Counted from the first letter of the stretch, positions 27,776-38,771 are shown. The stretch is 64,000 nt of DNA from Andalucia godoyi And28 (GCA_009859145.1 VRVR01000043.1:20721-84720); one strand, 5' to 3'. A program made the numbers and translations. Notes: generated from the letters alone by a model not told the origin.

Positions 27776-30493
27776 CTACGCCGGCAAGGAGGCGTCTGGT
27801 GTGACGAGGCCGCTGCTGGAGACGACGGGAAATCGACGATCCGTGGAATACAGATGGGCATTTGTCATGCGCATCACAGCATCTTCAAGGCCAGACAGAG
27901 ACACCGAAGAGCGCTCCATAAAGTCGACTACTTCCGATCGCATGGTCCCCAGTCTCTCCCGGATCTCTGCAATCTCCGTCCGTTGGTCCTCGGCAGACCG
28001 CTTCAGATGCTTGAGATGCACCTTGGTCTGCTCTGCCGAGACGTCTCGATTCTGCATCATTTGGTCACTGCGACGCATCCACTCCGTTAGCTCATGTGCC
28101 AACTTCTCAATGTTCGTCTTGAGCTGGCTGTTTTCAGCTTCCAGAGTCGCAATGCGTTCCGCGGATGAGCGAACATGCGAGACCATCACGCGATTCTCGC
28201 GAATCGTGTGCGCAAGAGAAGCTTGCGATTCCTTGAGCTTCGAATCCGACTGCACAGACCAGTCGAGCAACGAGGATGCAAGCTGCGCGAGCGACTCCAG
28301 CTCCGTCTTTGTCTTGCTCGACTCCTGAATGCACGTTTGGCGAAGAGTGTCCACCGAGGACTGCATGTGAGACCACTCATCCGACGACACTGCCATGTCC
28401 AGCTGCACTTTCCGCATCGCATCCTGTAGCTCGTGCACCATAGAGTCGAATCGGTCTTCCACAGAGGGAGAGTCGGCAAACGAGAGCTGCGACGTTTCTT
28501 GCAAGAGGAATCGATTGCGAGACGCAGGACTCACCAACACTCCCGTGTGGCTGCTGCTGCCCTTTGAGGAAAAGAGGCCAGCAGAACCGGGCGAGAACAA
28601 GTCTCCGGTCCCAGACAAGATGCGACGGCGGTCCGCGTCCCGTCGTTTACAGTCCATCTTCCAATCTCGAAGCGCATCCTGCATGGATGTGTACACATGT
28701 GCGACAGAGTCTGTAACTGTGACCAACGCGCGAGAAGCAACATCATCGCGCGACAGACCTTGAACTTCGAAATCGTCGTCCGCTTCGAAGGAATCTTCCG
28801 CACCCGCCAGCGTCATCGATTTCCGAGAAAGCATGCGCTTTAGCTGTTGCTGTCCCTCAAGGATTTCTTGTTCTTCTTCCACAGCCTGGGCATCTGGACT
28901 CACCGGAAACATGTTGTCGAGCACCTGTTGGATCGACCCGCTTAGGAGAGTTCGAACATTCACGTCCGTCACCTCGATGCGAATCAGCCGCTGAAAAGAG
29001 CGCCACTGTCGCCGGCACTGCTGCTGGAAACGCATCCACAGCGCAGTCCATCGTTTGATCCAGCGCTGCGCAAACCCATTCTCGTAAGAAAAGTCTTCAA
29101 ACAACTTTTGGTTGATTGCGGATTGCATTTCGATTTCCATGTTTAGCCTGGAAAGCGCGCTCGTCAGGTCCTTGGACTGCGCCTCCACCAACAAGACAAT
29201 TTCACGCAGTCGGCGGTATGATGCTTCTTTTTCAACCAGTTTCTCCTCCAACAGGGCAATGCAAGAGTCGGAGCCGGAGCTGGAGCCGGAGCTGGAACCA
29301 GAGCCCGAGCCATACGCAGACCCGCCTCCGGAACTGTCTCGGCTCGCCAGGATGGAAATCACAGGGTTCAGTATGCGCTTGAACAAGAACTGCTCCAGCG
29401 GCTCGCCATGCACAGTCGCACGAGTGGCAAAATCGAACGGAGCATGATCATTGTCGCTGGGCGAGCCGTCTATTGACGATTTCATTTCCCGCATCACAAA
29501 CCGGTCCAGCGCTGCTGCATCCGAAGCAGACGACCGAACGGACTCCGACGTCCTGAGTGCAATCGCAAGTTGAGACATTGCTCTCGCGTACGTTGCATTT
29601 TGCGATACAAGCGACAGAAACCCGCCGGCCTCTTTCTGCAGCATCTCAACCAATTCCTTGTACTGTGCTTCAGCTTGCTCCAAGCGTCCCCGATAGCCAT
29701 TATCACGCCCTGCAACTTCGGTTCGTAGATGCTCGATTTCCTCTTCCATCTGGTGAATGAGCTGGTCGGACGTCTCACGCTGTCGTCCCAATCTCCCGGC
29801 CTCCACGCTCAGAACTCGAAACTCCTCTCGAAGCCTGTCATACGCCTTTTCAATTCCTTGAAACTGCGAAGAGAGCGTCTTTTGATCTAGATCGCACGCG
29901 TCCTTGAGCTGCCCAAGCGTCGACTCCACACTGCGCAGCCGCGATACATCAGCATCCCGCAGCGCCTTTGAGATCGCCAGCTGGTCCTTCTTCACGTTCT
30001 CAATCGAATGCACCACAGGAAGCATCTTTTCCAGCTGCGACTTCAACTCGGTGTTTTCTTCCGTCAGCTGCGCAACCCGAAGATGTGCATTCGCAAGCCT
30101 CGACGCCAAGTGCTGATCTCCGGCCAACGACCCTGCCTGCCCGGACCCCGAGCCTGAACCCGAACCGGAGCCCGAACCGGAGCCCGCAGACGTCCCTGCC
30201 GACCCGGACGACGACCCCGACGACGATTGAAGCTGCTGGATTCGAGACTCAAAGTCTGCGGCCCGTGCAGCCATCATGGACAGGCGCCCTGCAAGCTCGA
30301 CATTCGTCTTCTCCAGGTACTTCACCCGAGCAGCCAGCTCTGTGTTCTTCATCACCAGCGACGACGACGACGGACTACTGGCGCTGCCATTCGTGATGTG
30401 CGGATGCGCTGGAGAGAGCACATCACCTGGTGTAACGATACTAGGAGGTCGGTTTCGCGAATAGTGCGTCTCTTGACGAGGATAATCATCCAT
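27776..30493 (-). CDS. Coiled-coil hypothetical protein (905 aa)
   Basis: Long ORF with heptad-rich segments separated by (GS)n linkers; no catalytic motif recognised. Confidence 0.75.
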   Translation of the reverse strand: MDDYPRQETHYSRNRPPSIVTPGDVLSPAHPHITNGSASSPSSSSLVMKNTELAARVKYLEKTNVELAGRLSMMAARAADFESRIQQLQSSSGSSSGSAGTSAGSGSGSGSGSGSGSGQAGSLAGDQHLASRLANAHLRVAQLTEENTELKSQLEKMLPVVHSIENVKKDQLAISKALRDADVSRLRSVESTLGQLKDACDLDQKTLSSQFQGIEKAYDRLREEFRVLSVEAGRLGRQRETSDQLIHQMEEEIEHLRTEVAGRDNGYRGRLEQAEAQYKELVEMLQKEAGGFLSLVSQNATYARAMSQLAIALRTSESVRSSASDAAALDRFVMREMKSSIDGSPSDNDHAPFDFATRATVHGEPLEQFLFKRILNPVISILASRDSSGGGSAYGSGSGSSSGSSSGSDSCIALLEEKLVEKEASYRRLREIVLLVEAQSKDLTSALSRLNMEIEMQSAINQKLFEDFSYENGFAQRWIKRWTALWMRFQQQCRRQWRSFQRLIRIEVTDVNVRTLLSGSIQQVLDNMFPVSPDAQAVEEEQEILEGQQQLKRMLSRKSMTLAGAEDSFEADDDFEVQGLSRDDVASRALVTVTDSVAHVYTSMQDALRDWKMDCKRRDADRRRILSGTGDLFSPGSAGLFSSKGSSSHTGVLVSPASRNRFLLQETSQLSFADSPSVEDRFDSMVHELQDAMRKVQLDMAVSSDEWSHMQSSVDTLRQTCIQESSKTKTELESLAQLASSLLDWSVQSDSKLKESQASLAHTIRENRVMVSHVRSSAERIATLEAENSQLKTNIEKLAHELTEWMRRSDQMMQNRDVSAEQTKVHLKHLKRSAEDQRTEIAEIRERLGTMRSEVVDFMERSSVSLSGLEDAVMRMTNAHLYSTDRRFPVVSSSGLVTPDASLPA

Positions 30494-30996
30494 TCTTCTC
30501 TGGCCTTTTTCTTCTATCCTTTTCCCTCTATCCTCTTTTCCTTTTCTCCTCTGTTTCCCCTTTCTTCCTCACCGCCGTCGCTTGAAACGAAGGAACGGAA
30601 AACACTCACTCACGAGTCTCAACGTTCATGTCCATTCGAAAACATGCACTTTCTCGAGTCAATTGAGGCGTTCGAGTCAGTTGAGTCTGAATGACCCCGA
30701 ACCCCCTTCTCCAATTCCCAACGCCTTTTCTCCTCCATTTCACCGTCCGCTCGCTCTTTGTTCACTCTGTCCAGTCTCGAGTACGACTTGCCAAGTCAAC
30801 CTGAAACTTTTCTTTCTCCTTTTTATTTCTTATTCTCCTTCTTCTTCTGATTGGTTAATTTTTCATATTTATTTTTTTTTTCAGTTTTGTTTTTTTTTCT
30901 TCTTCTTCTCTTCCATAGTCTGATAGTTGCGAGTCTCGGGGTTAAGGATCTGGATACGTGGAAGGCGGGAGAGAGATAGAAGGAATCGACGAAGAG

Positions 30997-32034
30997 ATGG
31001 AGACCGAACACATGTCTGGGCAGACGCGCGAGAAGAACCACATGAACTCGATTCTTCCGAATGTACTGTACATGATTGGAGGCACGCCGTGTATCCGGAT
31101 CAACAAGATTGCGGCGGAAGAAGGGATCGAGTGTGAGCTTGTTGCAAAGTGCGAGTACTACAATGCAGGTGGGTCGGTGAAGGACCGGATTGCAAAGGGA
31201 ATGATGGAGGATGCTGAGCGGCGCGGAATCATTGTTCCGGGAAAGTCAACGATCATTGAGCCGACGTCGGGAAACACCGGAATTGGGCTTGCGCTTGCTT
31301 GTGCGGTGAAGGGCTACGACTGCTTGATTACAATGCCGCAGAAAATGTCACGCGAGAAAAGCAATATGCTGCAGCTGCTTGGAGCCAAGGTCATCCGCAC
31401 CCCGACGGAGGCCGCGTTTGATGCGCCGGAATCACACATCTCCGTTGCGCGCAAGAAGAATGAGGAGATTGAGCACTCGTGGATCCCCAATCAGTACGAC
31501 AATCCATGGAACCCCCTAGCCCACTATGAAACTACCGCGGAGGAGCTGCTCATGCAGTGCAATGGAAAGATCGATGTGGTCGTCGTCGGGGCTGGAACAG
31601 GCGGCACAGTCACGGGAATTGCAATGAAGCTCAAGGAGAAGCTGCCGAACGTCATCGTCATCGGCGTTGACCCCGTCGGTTCGCTGCTTGCGGACCCCGA
31701 GAACGATGCTGTCGGCACGTACCTCGTCGAAGGCATCGGCTACGACTTTGTCCCCAAGGTCCTGAATCGTGAGCTCGTGGACTACTGGTACAAGTCAACA
31801 GACCGTGAATCCCTCCGAGCCGCTCGCAGAATCGTCCGCAAGGAAGGCATGTTTGTCGGTGGCTCGTCAGGCTCCGCAATGTCCGCTGCAATTCACTACG
31901 CCAAAAAGCTCAAGCTCGGAAAGGACAAGAGAATGGTCGTCATCTTCCCAGACGCTGTCCGCAACTACATGTCAAAGTTCGTCGACGTCGACTGGTGCCG
32001 TGCAAACGGCGTCTTGGACCAAGATGAAGAGTAG
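30997..32034 (+). CDS. CBS: Cystathionine beta-synthase, catalytic-core-only form
   Basis: KCEYYNAGGSVKDRIA (PLP Lys), IEPTSGNTGIGLA, VIRTPTEAAFDAPESHI, GAGTGGTVTG and VEGIGYDFVP. Confidence 0.92.
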   Translation: METEHMSGQTREKNHMNSILPNVLYMIGGTPCIRINKIAAEEGIECELVAKCEYYNAGGSVKDRIAKGMMEDAERRGIIVPGKSTIIEPTSGNTGIGLALACAVKGYDCLITMPQKMSREKSNMLQLLGAKVIRTPTEAAFDAPESHISVARKKNEEIEHSWIPNQYDNPWNPLAHYETTAEELLMQCNGKIDVVVVGAGTGGTVTGIAMKLKEKLPNVIVIGVDPVGSLLADPENDAVGTYLVEGIGYDFVPKVLNRELVDYWYKSTDRESLRAARRIVRKEGMFVGGSSGSAMSAAIHYAKKLKLGKDKRMVVIFPDAVRNYMSKFVDVDWCRANGVLDQDEE

Positions 32035-32957
32035 GCCACAAAGCCAACTCCATTTTTTTTGTGCATTGCCGTCACCAGTAGAAGATTGGAGAAGAAGAAA
32101 AAGAGTAATGAATGTTTGTAATGCGTCCCGTCTTGCGTGTGCTTGTCGTGTCTTTTTCCGCAGAAGAACGAAGTATGTTTTCAAAGTAAAGAACTGTCCT
32201 ATCTGTGTTTCTCGTGGGGCTGTCGGCCGAGTGTGTTGTGCGCGGTGGCGGCTAGTGATGCGACTAGCGGCTTTTTCCGCTAACGGAAATGTCCCAGGGA
32301 AGTCAGCGGTCATATTCACCACCGCCGGCGGAAAAATAAATAGTTGTTTGGATCCTATATAATCATTTTTACACGAAATTCCTTCTTGTCAGCCTGCTGG
32401 CCGTAAAAGAACTGCCGCTTTTTTCCGCATCACTAGTAGCGGCTGCATTGTCTTTTTGAGAACCCGGCTCTGGTTGGCTTTGCTCTGGCGGCGGATGCCG
32501 TATGGTCGAAGCGTCGAAGCGGACGAGCTGTTGCCTGTGCTGCTACTAGCAGTCTTCTTGTACCAAAAGCGCCCGCGCTTTCACCATCACTTTGCTTGAT
32601 CCAGTCATCAAGCTGAGGGGGGGTGGGGACCCTGCAGGAAGCGGTTTCAAAGTTGCTCATTCGTCCAAAAAAAGGTGCGAGGCGACGGTTTCCCTTCTTC
32701 TTTCCGTTTCTGCGGTTCCTTCTTCGTCTTCATTTCACCAGACAGAAGCGACATTCTAAGCGTTCGATCTATATTATTTTTGGTTGTTTTTTTATTTGTC
32801 TGTTGGTTGTTATCGGCAACTGGCTTGTGTTGTGTGAGGCTTTTTGCAGTCGGCGAGAGCAGGGGCTGTCTTTGGCTTTGGTTTTGGTTTTGGTTTTGGT
32901 TTTGGTGGTGCTGGAGCTGGAGTTGAAGTTGGGGTTGTTTTCTGATAACAAATCGGA

Positions 32958-35900
32958 ATGGGAAATCTGGAACTGCTCTCCTTTGTTCAGAGTACCTTTC
33001 TCGGCGTGCTCGATGTGATAATCCATTGGCTGCAGACCCTTTCGTTGATTGTGTCCTTCTCAGTGCCGTGGCCGTACAGTTGGAGCCAGGTGAACGAGTA
33101 CATATCGTACATCGTTCAGCCGTTCCAAGAGCTCCGGGGAAGCCTTGTCGTTGCAGTGTGTCGTATTATCGTGTACACGCTTCTCATCCCTGCGCTGCTT
33201 TGGTACTCCAAAGTGTGTGCAACGCAGCCATACGCGTGGAAGAGGTATTTCATTCTCGAATTTCGACAGAGCTGCAAATCGGTTGTTTGGGTCCTTTTGC
33301 CGCTGATGCTCATTACGATTGCGTTTCTCGTCTGGTTCATCGTCGTCGGTCTTTCCGACGAATACTGGATTGCAAGTGCTATTCTGGTGTTCGAAATCGT
33401 TGTCGGTATTGTGTGGCTCATCAACGCTCTTGGCTCCAGGGTCTTTTGGAATGCGTTCCAGTACGAGCAGATCCACTCCGGGAACGTCCAAGACGAATCC
33501 ATGTTCTTTATGGAGTTCCGTTCGCTGAACCAGCGCTTTCTCTTCTTTGGCGTCGTTTCGTTGTTCCTCCCGTCGGTTCAGGAGTTTTTGACCGTCGCCA
33601 GCTCGCCAGACCAGCCGACGCCCTTGCGTATCTACTGCATTATCATCTGCTCGATCTTTATTGTTGCGATTCCTGCGATTCTCCTGATTAACGCAGGTCG
33701 TGAGAGAACATCGTTGAACAGAATGACCCACGAGATGGATAAGTTTTTTGCATTTTGGAAATGGTCCAGGAAGAACAGAATGTCGACCAAGAAGGACTGG
33801 GCAAACCTCAACAAGAATGATGTGATCAAGTACTACGCATACATGGTCAACGACTTGGAAGACCTTCCGGTGGAGCTTGCCGAGGGTCAGTATTCTTCGG
33901 GCGTTGAGAAACTGAAGGTCGTGTCTGTTTGCGAGGAATACAGAACCCGGCTGGCCAAAGAGGAAGTCGGTCCTGGCGACCCAACGGAAAAGAAAAAGGA
34001 GGAACTCGTTGAAAAGATGGAGAAACACGAGACGGAAAAGGGCATGGCTTCGGCAAAGGTGGCCCAGGACGACGGCTCTGCATCCGCCGAGGCTGTGGAT
34101 ATCAAGAAGGAGGAGGACTACCGTCTGTGGAAGATGTTTTGGAAGACGACTGCCTTCCTGTTCATTCTGGAGCACGACCAGCGAATTTTGGAATACATTT
34201 GCAGACGCGTTCAGCATCCGGATTTCCGCATCGACCAGGTGTTTGGCGGGATTGATGGCGTTTCGAGTCTAAAGTCTGGAAAGAATGGAGAGGTTATTGA
34301 CACCAGGCTTCGGATCGTTGCGAGCCACATGATTGATCCGCTCCCGCTGCTTCAAGCTGATCAGTTTGTCCATTCGTCTTCTCAGATGGCAAATCGTCAG
34401 CGAGTCAAGGCTGTTGTCCAAAACTCACAATCCTCCATTGGTTATTCTCTAAAGGGCGACAAGCTGCGCGACCAGATGGAGTATCGTGATGCGAAATCCA
34501 GAAAGAACAAGGAAGAGCTCATGGCTTTGGAAATTCAGTCGCGGTGCTTCCGCACGTCTCAGCTCGAGACTCATAATCATCGTGTATCGCAGACGAACTC
34601 GTATGTGTCGCGCAGCAGTTCTTTGATTGCGCATCTCCGAGCCCGCCACGATGAGCGATTCAATACGATGTACAGCATTTACGAATGGCGAGCCGCAACC
34701 ACAGGATGGCAGTTCATCTATGCTCCCTTTGAGCCCGGCTACTGGTGGTTCCAGATTGTGGTGATGTTTGAAAAGATTCTGATGGTTGGCATTGCTGTGC
34801 TTTTGAGCGCAAATCTCATTTCGGATAGCGATGGAAAGGGGCTGCAAGCGATTTCGCAGACCGCGGCTGGACTTGGGGTTCAGGGTCTGATGTTTGCAAT
34901 TTCGATGCTGCTGCGCCCATTTGAAGCTGACGTTGAAGACAGGTTTGCAATCATTACGAGAGGCTGTAACACAATCGATGCTCTCATCTCGTGTCTGATT
35001 GCAAATCAGGTGAGCGCGGACAATCAGTATGTGTATACGGTTATCCTGTTTGTACTGAATGTTGGAACTGGAATCGTGATCATTGTCGAAATGGACCCTG
35101 TGAGCATTCTGAAGAAAGTGAAGCTGTACTTTGAGCACAAATTGGAAAATGCTCGCAAGGAGCGGGCTCGTATCGAGGATCTGAGACTGCATTTCCTCCA
35201 CGATCTGTTTGACGCAGCCTCGAACGGGTCGCTGCTGGCGGTGAAGAACATCTGGGAATCCAATGAAAAGTTTGCGTTGGATGCCAATTGGGTGAACATT
35301 CGTCATCCAGAAAAGCTGACGCCATTCCTTGCGGCGGTTGCCAACGGCCATGCACCCGTCGTTCAGTACATGATGACGCATTGCTACATCGACTTCAACA
35401 TCACCGACAAATTTGGCAAAAACTGTCTGGAACGAGCAGAATCGTCTCCGTCGACATGGAAGACGTTGGTTTCTGGCGGTGCCATTAATCCTGCCGATGA
35501 GTACTTCGTAGCAGACCAACCTCTCCAGTACTGCCCAGATGAGGACGAATTTTTGGAGATGGTGCGATCGCAGAAGTGGGATGATTTCATGTGCTTCCGA
35601 GACACATTCTTGTCTCCGGAATTCCTGCGGTATATTCTGTCCGATCTGATTGAAAACGAAGAGTTCTCCACATTCCGTGTCTTGATGAGCAAGTGTATGG
35701 ATGAACGGGCGCTCCTGATCAGCGGTCTGCTGCCCACAAAGGTATGGGTTCAAGAGTTCCGAGTCATCTTGCCCTTCATGAAGTTCCTCGAACGGATGGA
35801 GATCGGTGAGTTTCCAGAAGATGTGCAAGTGGAACCGGTTTCGCAGGTTATCGAAACGGCTACCAATCATCCCAACTTTAGCTCCATGACTCTGTACGGT

Positions 35901-38051
35901 CCGACCAACTTCTTTGACGAACCGGACGATGACGAGGAGCAGGAGGAAGAGGGAGAGAACAAGAATGAGGATGTGAAACAAAGCTCGCAAGGGATGCAAC
36001 GGGCTGTTGCTGAGCCAGAACATGAACAGCCCCGCGAGTGGTCGAAGGAAAAATCGGATTTGGAATCGCAGCAGAACGACACGCAGGTTGTCGCAATGCC
36101 CAATGTTCCGGAAGAATCCACCTCGCCTGCAAGCCTGCTAGCTGGGGAAGAAACCAACTGCGACGAGGTGGCAGAGGAGCAAGGCGGTGACGGTTATGAT
36201 GATGTGGATGACGATGGCTACGGCTATGATGAGGATGACGACGACGAAGAAGAAGTTGTGTCTGAAACCAACGAAGACGAGGATCGCAAGAAGAAGGCCG
36301 TTTCCAGTCTGCTGGTGCTCCTTTCTCAACAAGTATTGACTCGCGTTGAAGAATTTGGCTGGATAGACGACATTTGCTGTCGATACTCGTCCATTACGCT
36401 TTTGGCCCCAGTGTTCTCCGGTTCTCCGGGGGCCTCTCTCCGAGTCCTTCGCCTCGAGGGACTTGGAATAGACAACGCCTTTTTACCAGTCGTGCTGAAT
36501 TACATTACGCAACCCGGAAATGCCCTTCGAGAACTGTCGCTGAAGGAGAATCAACTCTCCCTTGATTCATGTGATGTTACGGCGTGCGACCGCGTGTTCA
36601 AAAGCAGCCATTTTGCATTGGAGAAGTTGGATTTCAGCCGGAATTACATTCTTCCGGATGGTTTGATTGCTCTTGGCAAGTGGCTTGGCCTTCAGAAGTC
36701 CGTCCGCCATCTCGTGCTTGACGGCAACGTCCTCCACGCAGCTGCATTCAAAAAGTTCGTCAGCTTGTACCTTGTTGCACAAGGTCCGACGTGCGTGCTG
36801 GAGTCTTTGTCGCTCAAGTATTGCTTCCTGACACCGGCAGGCTATTCCGCGATCAATCCGTCGCCGGTCCCGGCATTGTCGCTTGCCCTCGAAGGAAATG
36901 AAATCGACTGTGTTGGATGCCCCGAGATCCCGCTGCAAGCAGTCGATGCTACTGCGGATTCGGTCATGATGGTTGTAGTCACATCTGGAGGAGACGCCTA
37001 CACAGTCTTCGACTTTCCGAATGGCGAGGTTGAGTGTGTCTGTGAAAAGACTTGGGGTGGCCTGCGAGGATGCTGGTATGACCGAGGGCACCTTGTCAGT
37101 TTCTTTGACTCCATCTGGGACTATGAAGCCCCGGAATTCAGTTCAGGCACCAGTCTCGGTGCCGGATGGGGCACGACGACTGCATGCTGTTTTTCTTCGC
37201 CTGGATTTGGGTATGCCATTGTTGAAATGGGCCATTTGTACGAAGTCAATGCTGCGAATGGTGAATATTCGCGCAAGATCGACAGTGCGTTCCCAAGAGC
37301 ACTCATGATGGCAAACATATCTCCTGGACACATCATAATTCTGACATACGACGGCTTGTATGGAATCAATACTGCCGATTTGGACGAGAACAGCGAAGCC
37401 GAAGTGAAGTATACTCTTCTCCGCTCAGTGGACGACATTGAAAATGATGCAAATATCATTTGCGCGTGCTATTTTTCAGGCTATGTTGTGTATGCCTGCA
37501 AGGATGAGACGATTTGCGGATTCGCAGTGCACAGGGACACGGTGAACAACACGTTTGTCGTTGGCGAGGAGCGTATTGTGTTTGAGGACAAGCAGAATGT
37601 GTTCCACGGTACGCCGCGGTGGAGCTTGGCCTCGAAGATGTTTTCACATTGTGGTAGAGTGATTGTTTGCACTCCTCCCGAAGGTCTCTGGACGATTGAA
37701 TTCGACCAAGCCGATCTTTCCGCTGCGAGCCCGCCTATTGTGAAGAAGGTTCTTGGATCCTCCTCCTGGGAGACGGAAATCTTTGGAAAGATCATGACTG
37801 GTTTTGGCAACATTACGTTTAATTCTGCCAAGATGGAAGATGACGACGAAGAGGACGAGAAGGCTGGTGGTGATGATGGTGAAGAAGGGGACGGAGGAAA
37901 CGTCGAATATGTAGATGATGATGATGAAGAAGAAGAAGAAGAAGAAGAGGACGAGGACGAGGATGAGGAGGATGAGGAGGAAGAAGAAGACGAGGAGGAA
38001 GAAGAAGAAGAAGACGAGGATGAGGAAGAGGAAGAGGAAGAAGACTCGTGA
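32958..38051 (+). CDS. Multi-pass membrane protein with ankyrin repeats, RNI-like LRRs, beta-rich C-terminal domain and acidic tail (1697 aa)
   Basis: Hydrophobic blocks including QFIYAPFEPGYWWFQIVVMFEKILM. ANK-like LFDAASNGSL and TPFLAAVANGH. LRRs LRELSLKENQL, LEKLDFSRNYI and VRHLVLDGNVL. Poly-D/E at 37900-38048. Confidence 0.85.
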   Translation: MGNLELLSFVQSTFLGVLDVIIHWLQTLSLIVSFSVPWPYSWSQVNEYISYIVQPFQELRGSLVVAVCRIIVYTLLIPALLWYSKVCATQPYAWKRYFILEFRQSCKSVVWVLLPLMLITIAFLVWFIVVGLSDEYWIASAILVFEIVVGIVWLINALGSRVFWNAFQYEQIHSGNVQDESMFFMEFRSLNQRFLFFGVVSLFLPSVQEFLTVASSPDQPTPLRIYCIIICSIFIVAIPAILLINAGRERTSLNRMTHEMDKFFAFWKWSRKNRMSTKKDWANLNKNDVIKYYAYMVNDLEDLPVELAEGQYSSGVEKLKVVSVCEEYRTRLAKEEVGPGDPTEKKKEELVEKMEKHETEKGMASAKVAQDDGSASAEAVDIKKEEDYRLWKMFWKTTAFLFILEHDQRILEYICRRVQHPDFRIDQVFGGIDGVSSLKSGKNGEVIDTRLRIVASHMIDPLPLLQADQFVHSSSQMANRQRVKAVVQNSQSSIGYSLKGDKLRDQMEYRDAKSRKNKEELMALEIQSRCFRTSQLETHNHRVSQTNSYVSRSSSLIAHLRARHDERFNTMYSIYEWRAATTGWQFIYAPFEPGYWWFQIVVMFEKILMVGIAVLLSANLISDSDGKGLQAISQTAAGLGVQGLMFAISMLLRPFEADVEDRFAIITRGCNTIDALISCLIANQVSADNQYVYTVILFVLNVGTGIVIIVEMDPVSILKKVKLYFEHKLENARKERARIEDLRLHFLHDLFDAASNGSLLAVKNIWESNEKFALDANWVNIRHPEKLTPFLAAVANGHAPVVQYMMTHCYIDFNITDKFGKNCLERAESSPSTWKTLVSGGAINPADEYFVADQPLQYCPDEDEFLEMVRSQKWDDFMCFRDTFLSPEFLRYILSDLIENEEFSTFRVLMSKCMDERALLISGLLPTKVWVQEFRVILPFMKFLERMEIGEFPEDVQVEPVSQVIETATNHPNFSSMTLYGPTNFFDEPDDDEEQEEEGENKNEDVKQSSQGMQRAVAEPEHEQPREWSKEKSDLESQQNDTQVVAMPNVPEESTSPASLLAGEETNCDEVAEEQGGDGYDDVDDDGYGYDEDDDDEEEVVSETNEDEDRKKKAVSSLLVLLSQQVLTRVEEFGWIDDICCRYSSITLLAPVFSGSPGASLRVLRLEGLGIDNAFLPVVLNYITQPGNALRELSLKENQLSLDSCDVTACDRVFKSSHFALEKLDFSRNYILPDGLIALGKWLGLQKSVRHLVLDGNVLHAAAFKKFVSLYLVAQGPTCVLESLSLKYCFLTPAGYSAINPSPVPALSLALEGNEIDCVGCPEIPLQAVDATADSVMMVVVTSGGDAYTVFDFPNGEVECVCEKTWGGLRGCWYDRGHLVSFFDSIWDYEAPEFSSGTSLGAGWGTTTACCFSSPGFGYAIVEMGHLYEVNAANGEYSRKIDSAFPRALMMANISPGHIIILTYDGLYGINTADLDENSEAEVKYTLLRSVDDIENDANIICACYFSGYVVYACKDETICGFAVHRDTVNNTFVVGEERIVFEDKQNVFHGTPRWSLASKMFSHCGRVIVCTPPEGLWTIEFDQADLSAASPPIVKKVLGSSSWETEIFGKIMTGFGNITFNSAKMEDDDEEDEKAGGDDGEEGDGGNVEYVDDDDEEEEEEEEDEDEDEEDEEEEEDEEEEEEEDEDEEEEEEEDS

Positions 38052-38771
38052 AGACGTGCTCATATGAATTGAATATGGAATTCTGTCAAATAAATTCTCT
38101 GGTGGCCGTTTGCATTACGGGAGACACGCGAAGCTCAAGGTTCACCAATTATAACCCTGCAACCCCAAACGTCTGGTGGGCGGCTGTGATATATCATCGG
38201 ATAGTATGGCTGAAGGTGTGCAAGGTCGAGGCCCAATGCGACACTGTCGGATATTGACAACCGATTCCTTGTAATTGATGATGGGCGCTGATGCTAATTG
38301 TAAAAGTCACTTTACGCCAAATAAATCGTGTCTGAGGCGCAGCATCCGAGCCAAAAATGTATGGAAAGGTTTTGGGTTGGAGGGTAATACTGAATTTTCT
38401 GCACAATATTTTTTGAGCATTCGTTTGGTTGTTGTTATTCGCATCTCCGTTTTTTGGCCGCACCCATTTTCAATAAAAGCATAGAATCCCGGAACACGTT
38501 CACGAAATGTCACGTGTGTGCACAGTTCAAACTCGCAAGTCCCGATAACAACGATGCTTTTTACTCGAGAGGGGAGGAAACTGCATCACTCTACACTTTT
38601 CATCGTGTCCTGTCCATCATCATCATCTGGAAACAGTTTGTTCATCTTGAGCATACCTGACTCTGCAAGTATGCCAATACTCTCAGAAGCGTGGTTTCCT
38701 TTTTGGCAGGCTCAAAAAAAAAACAGAAAAAAAAAAGACTGCATCGTCGGAAGAAGCACCAACAGAGCGAC

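Noticed and set aside
32240-32320. GCGCGGTGGCG resembling the SRP RNA Alu 5' end
   Set aside because: Only an 11-nt match; no helix-8 motif or remaining SRP structure could be identified.
32871-32905. (TTTTGG)n as an interstitial telomeric repeat
   Set aside because: Only about 5 copies amid many other short microsatellites; the telomere unit of this organism is unknown.
38276-38335. TGATGA...CTGA possible C/D snoRNA
   Set aside because: No terminal stem or recognisable antisense element; such short boxes arise by chance.
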